In this document: in pieces, positions 63,538 through 64,000 of the stretch
Layout: each line of letters opens with the position of its first letter
Position numbering within the stretch: the stretch's first letter is position 1
Source: Octopus vulgaris
Taxonomy: Eukaryota
Direction: 5' to 3'
Length of the DNA stretch: 64,000 nt
Assembly: GCA_951406725.2 (NCBI GenBank)
Contig: OX597818.1
Span: 129,022,001-129,086,000, forward strand
The notes under the pieces: model-generated
What the model saw: the letters and a program-made list of their open reading frames with translations, nothing else
Databases searched by the model: none
What the model was told of the DNA's origin: nothing
Position numbers and translations under genes: made by a program

Positions 63538-64000
63538 ACATACATACATACATACATACATACATACATACATACATACATACATACATACATACATGCA
63601 TGCATGCATGCATGTATGTATAGATACATACATATATCGGCAGTAAAATAATCAGAAGCGAATATTTATATAGATGTTCTTATTATCAACTATTTGTATT
63701 GGTTTCGATAATAATGACAATATTAATATCTATATAAATATTCTGAATATTCTGCTGCTAATTAGTACTTCTCACATTGAGGCTGTCCATATTTTGGTGC
63801 TAAGCAATTCAGGTCACCAGCAGATTTCAATGTGGTGGATTGGGAAGGTGTTTCAAAGAGTTAATATCTGCTGAAGAAGATAAGATTTTCGTATCAAACC
63901 AGAAACCAGTCCACATTTATACCTGTAGCATCCTCATTTAACATCCGCCTTCCATGCTACCATGAGTGGGATTATATATACATATATGTAAATGTAGATA

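Overview
AT-rich, microsatellite-saturated eukaryotic DNA with no recognisable intact host protein-coding gene. The SINE repertoire, (TA)n/(TATG)n density and TTAGGG tract point to an animal, most likely an octopus/cephalopod genome (inference). Most non-simple sequence is mobile DNA: four or more SINE-type families, a Tigger/pogo element, two TIR-bounded mariners, two DD37D (maT-type) elements, hAT and TTAA (piggyBac-type) MITEs, Helitrons and a Helentron-like element, and 3' fragments of R4/Dong, RTE and CR1/Jockey-type LINEs. Two things stand out. (1) Many short elements embedded in (TA)n tracts are often folded back as inverted repeats and carry type I hammerhead ribozyme cores, which is Penelope-like pLTR / non-LTR retrozyme architecture. 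One has an inverted plus tandem 352-bp arrangement (43971-44886) that could release a self-cleaved, circularisable RNA, and such elements form a dense nest at 43.6-47.3 kb. (2) A complete tRNA-Arg(CCG) with leader, trailer and T7 terminator is fused to a SINE, and the whole unit is flanked by a 19-bp target-site duplication, i.e. a probable retrotransposed pre-tRNA/SINE chimera. All calls were made by eye; family names rest on motifs, not database searches, and some boundaries are approximate.
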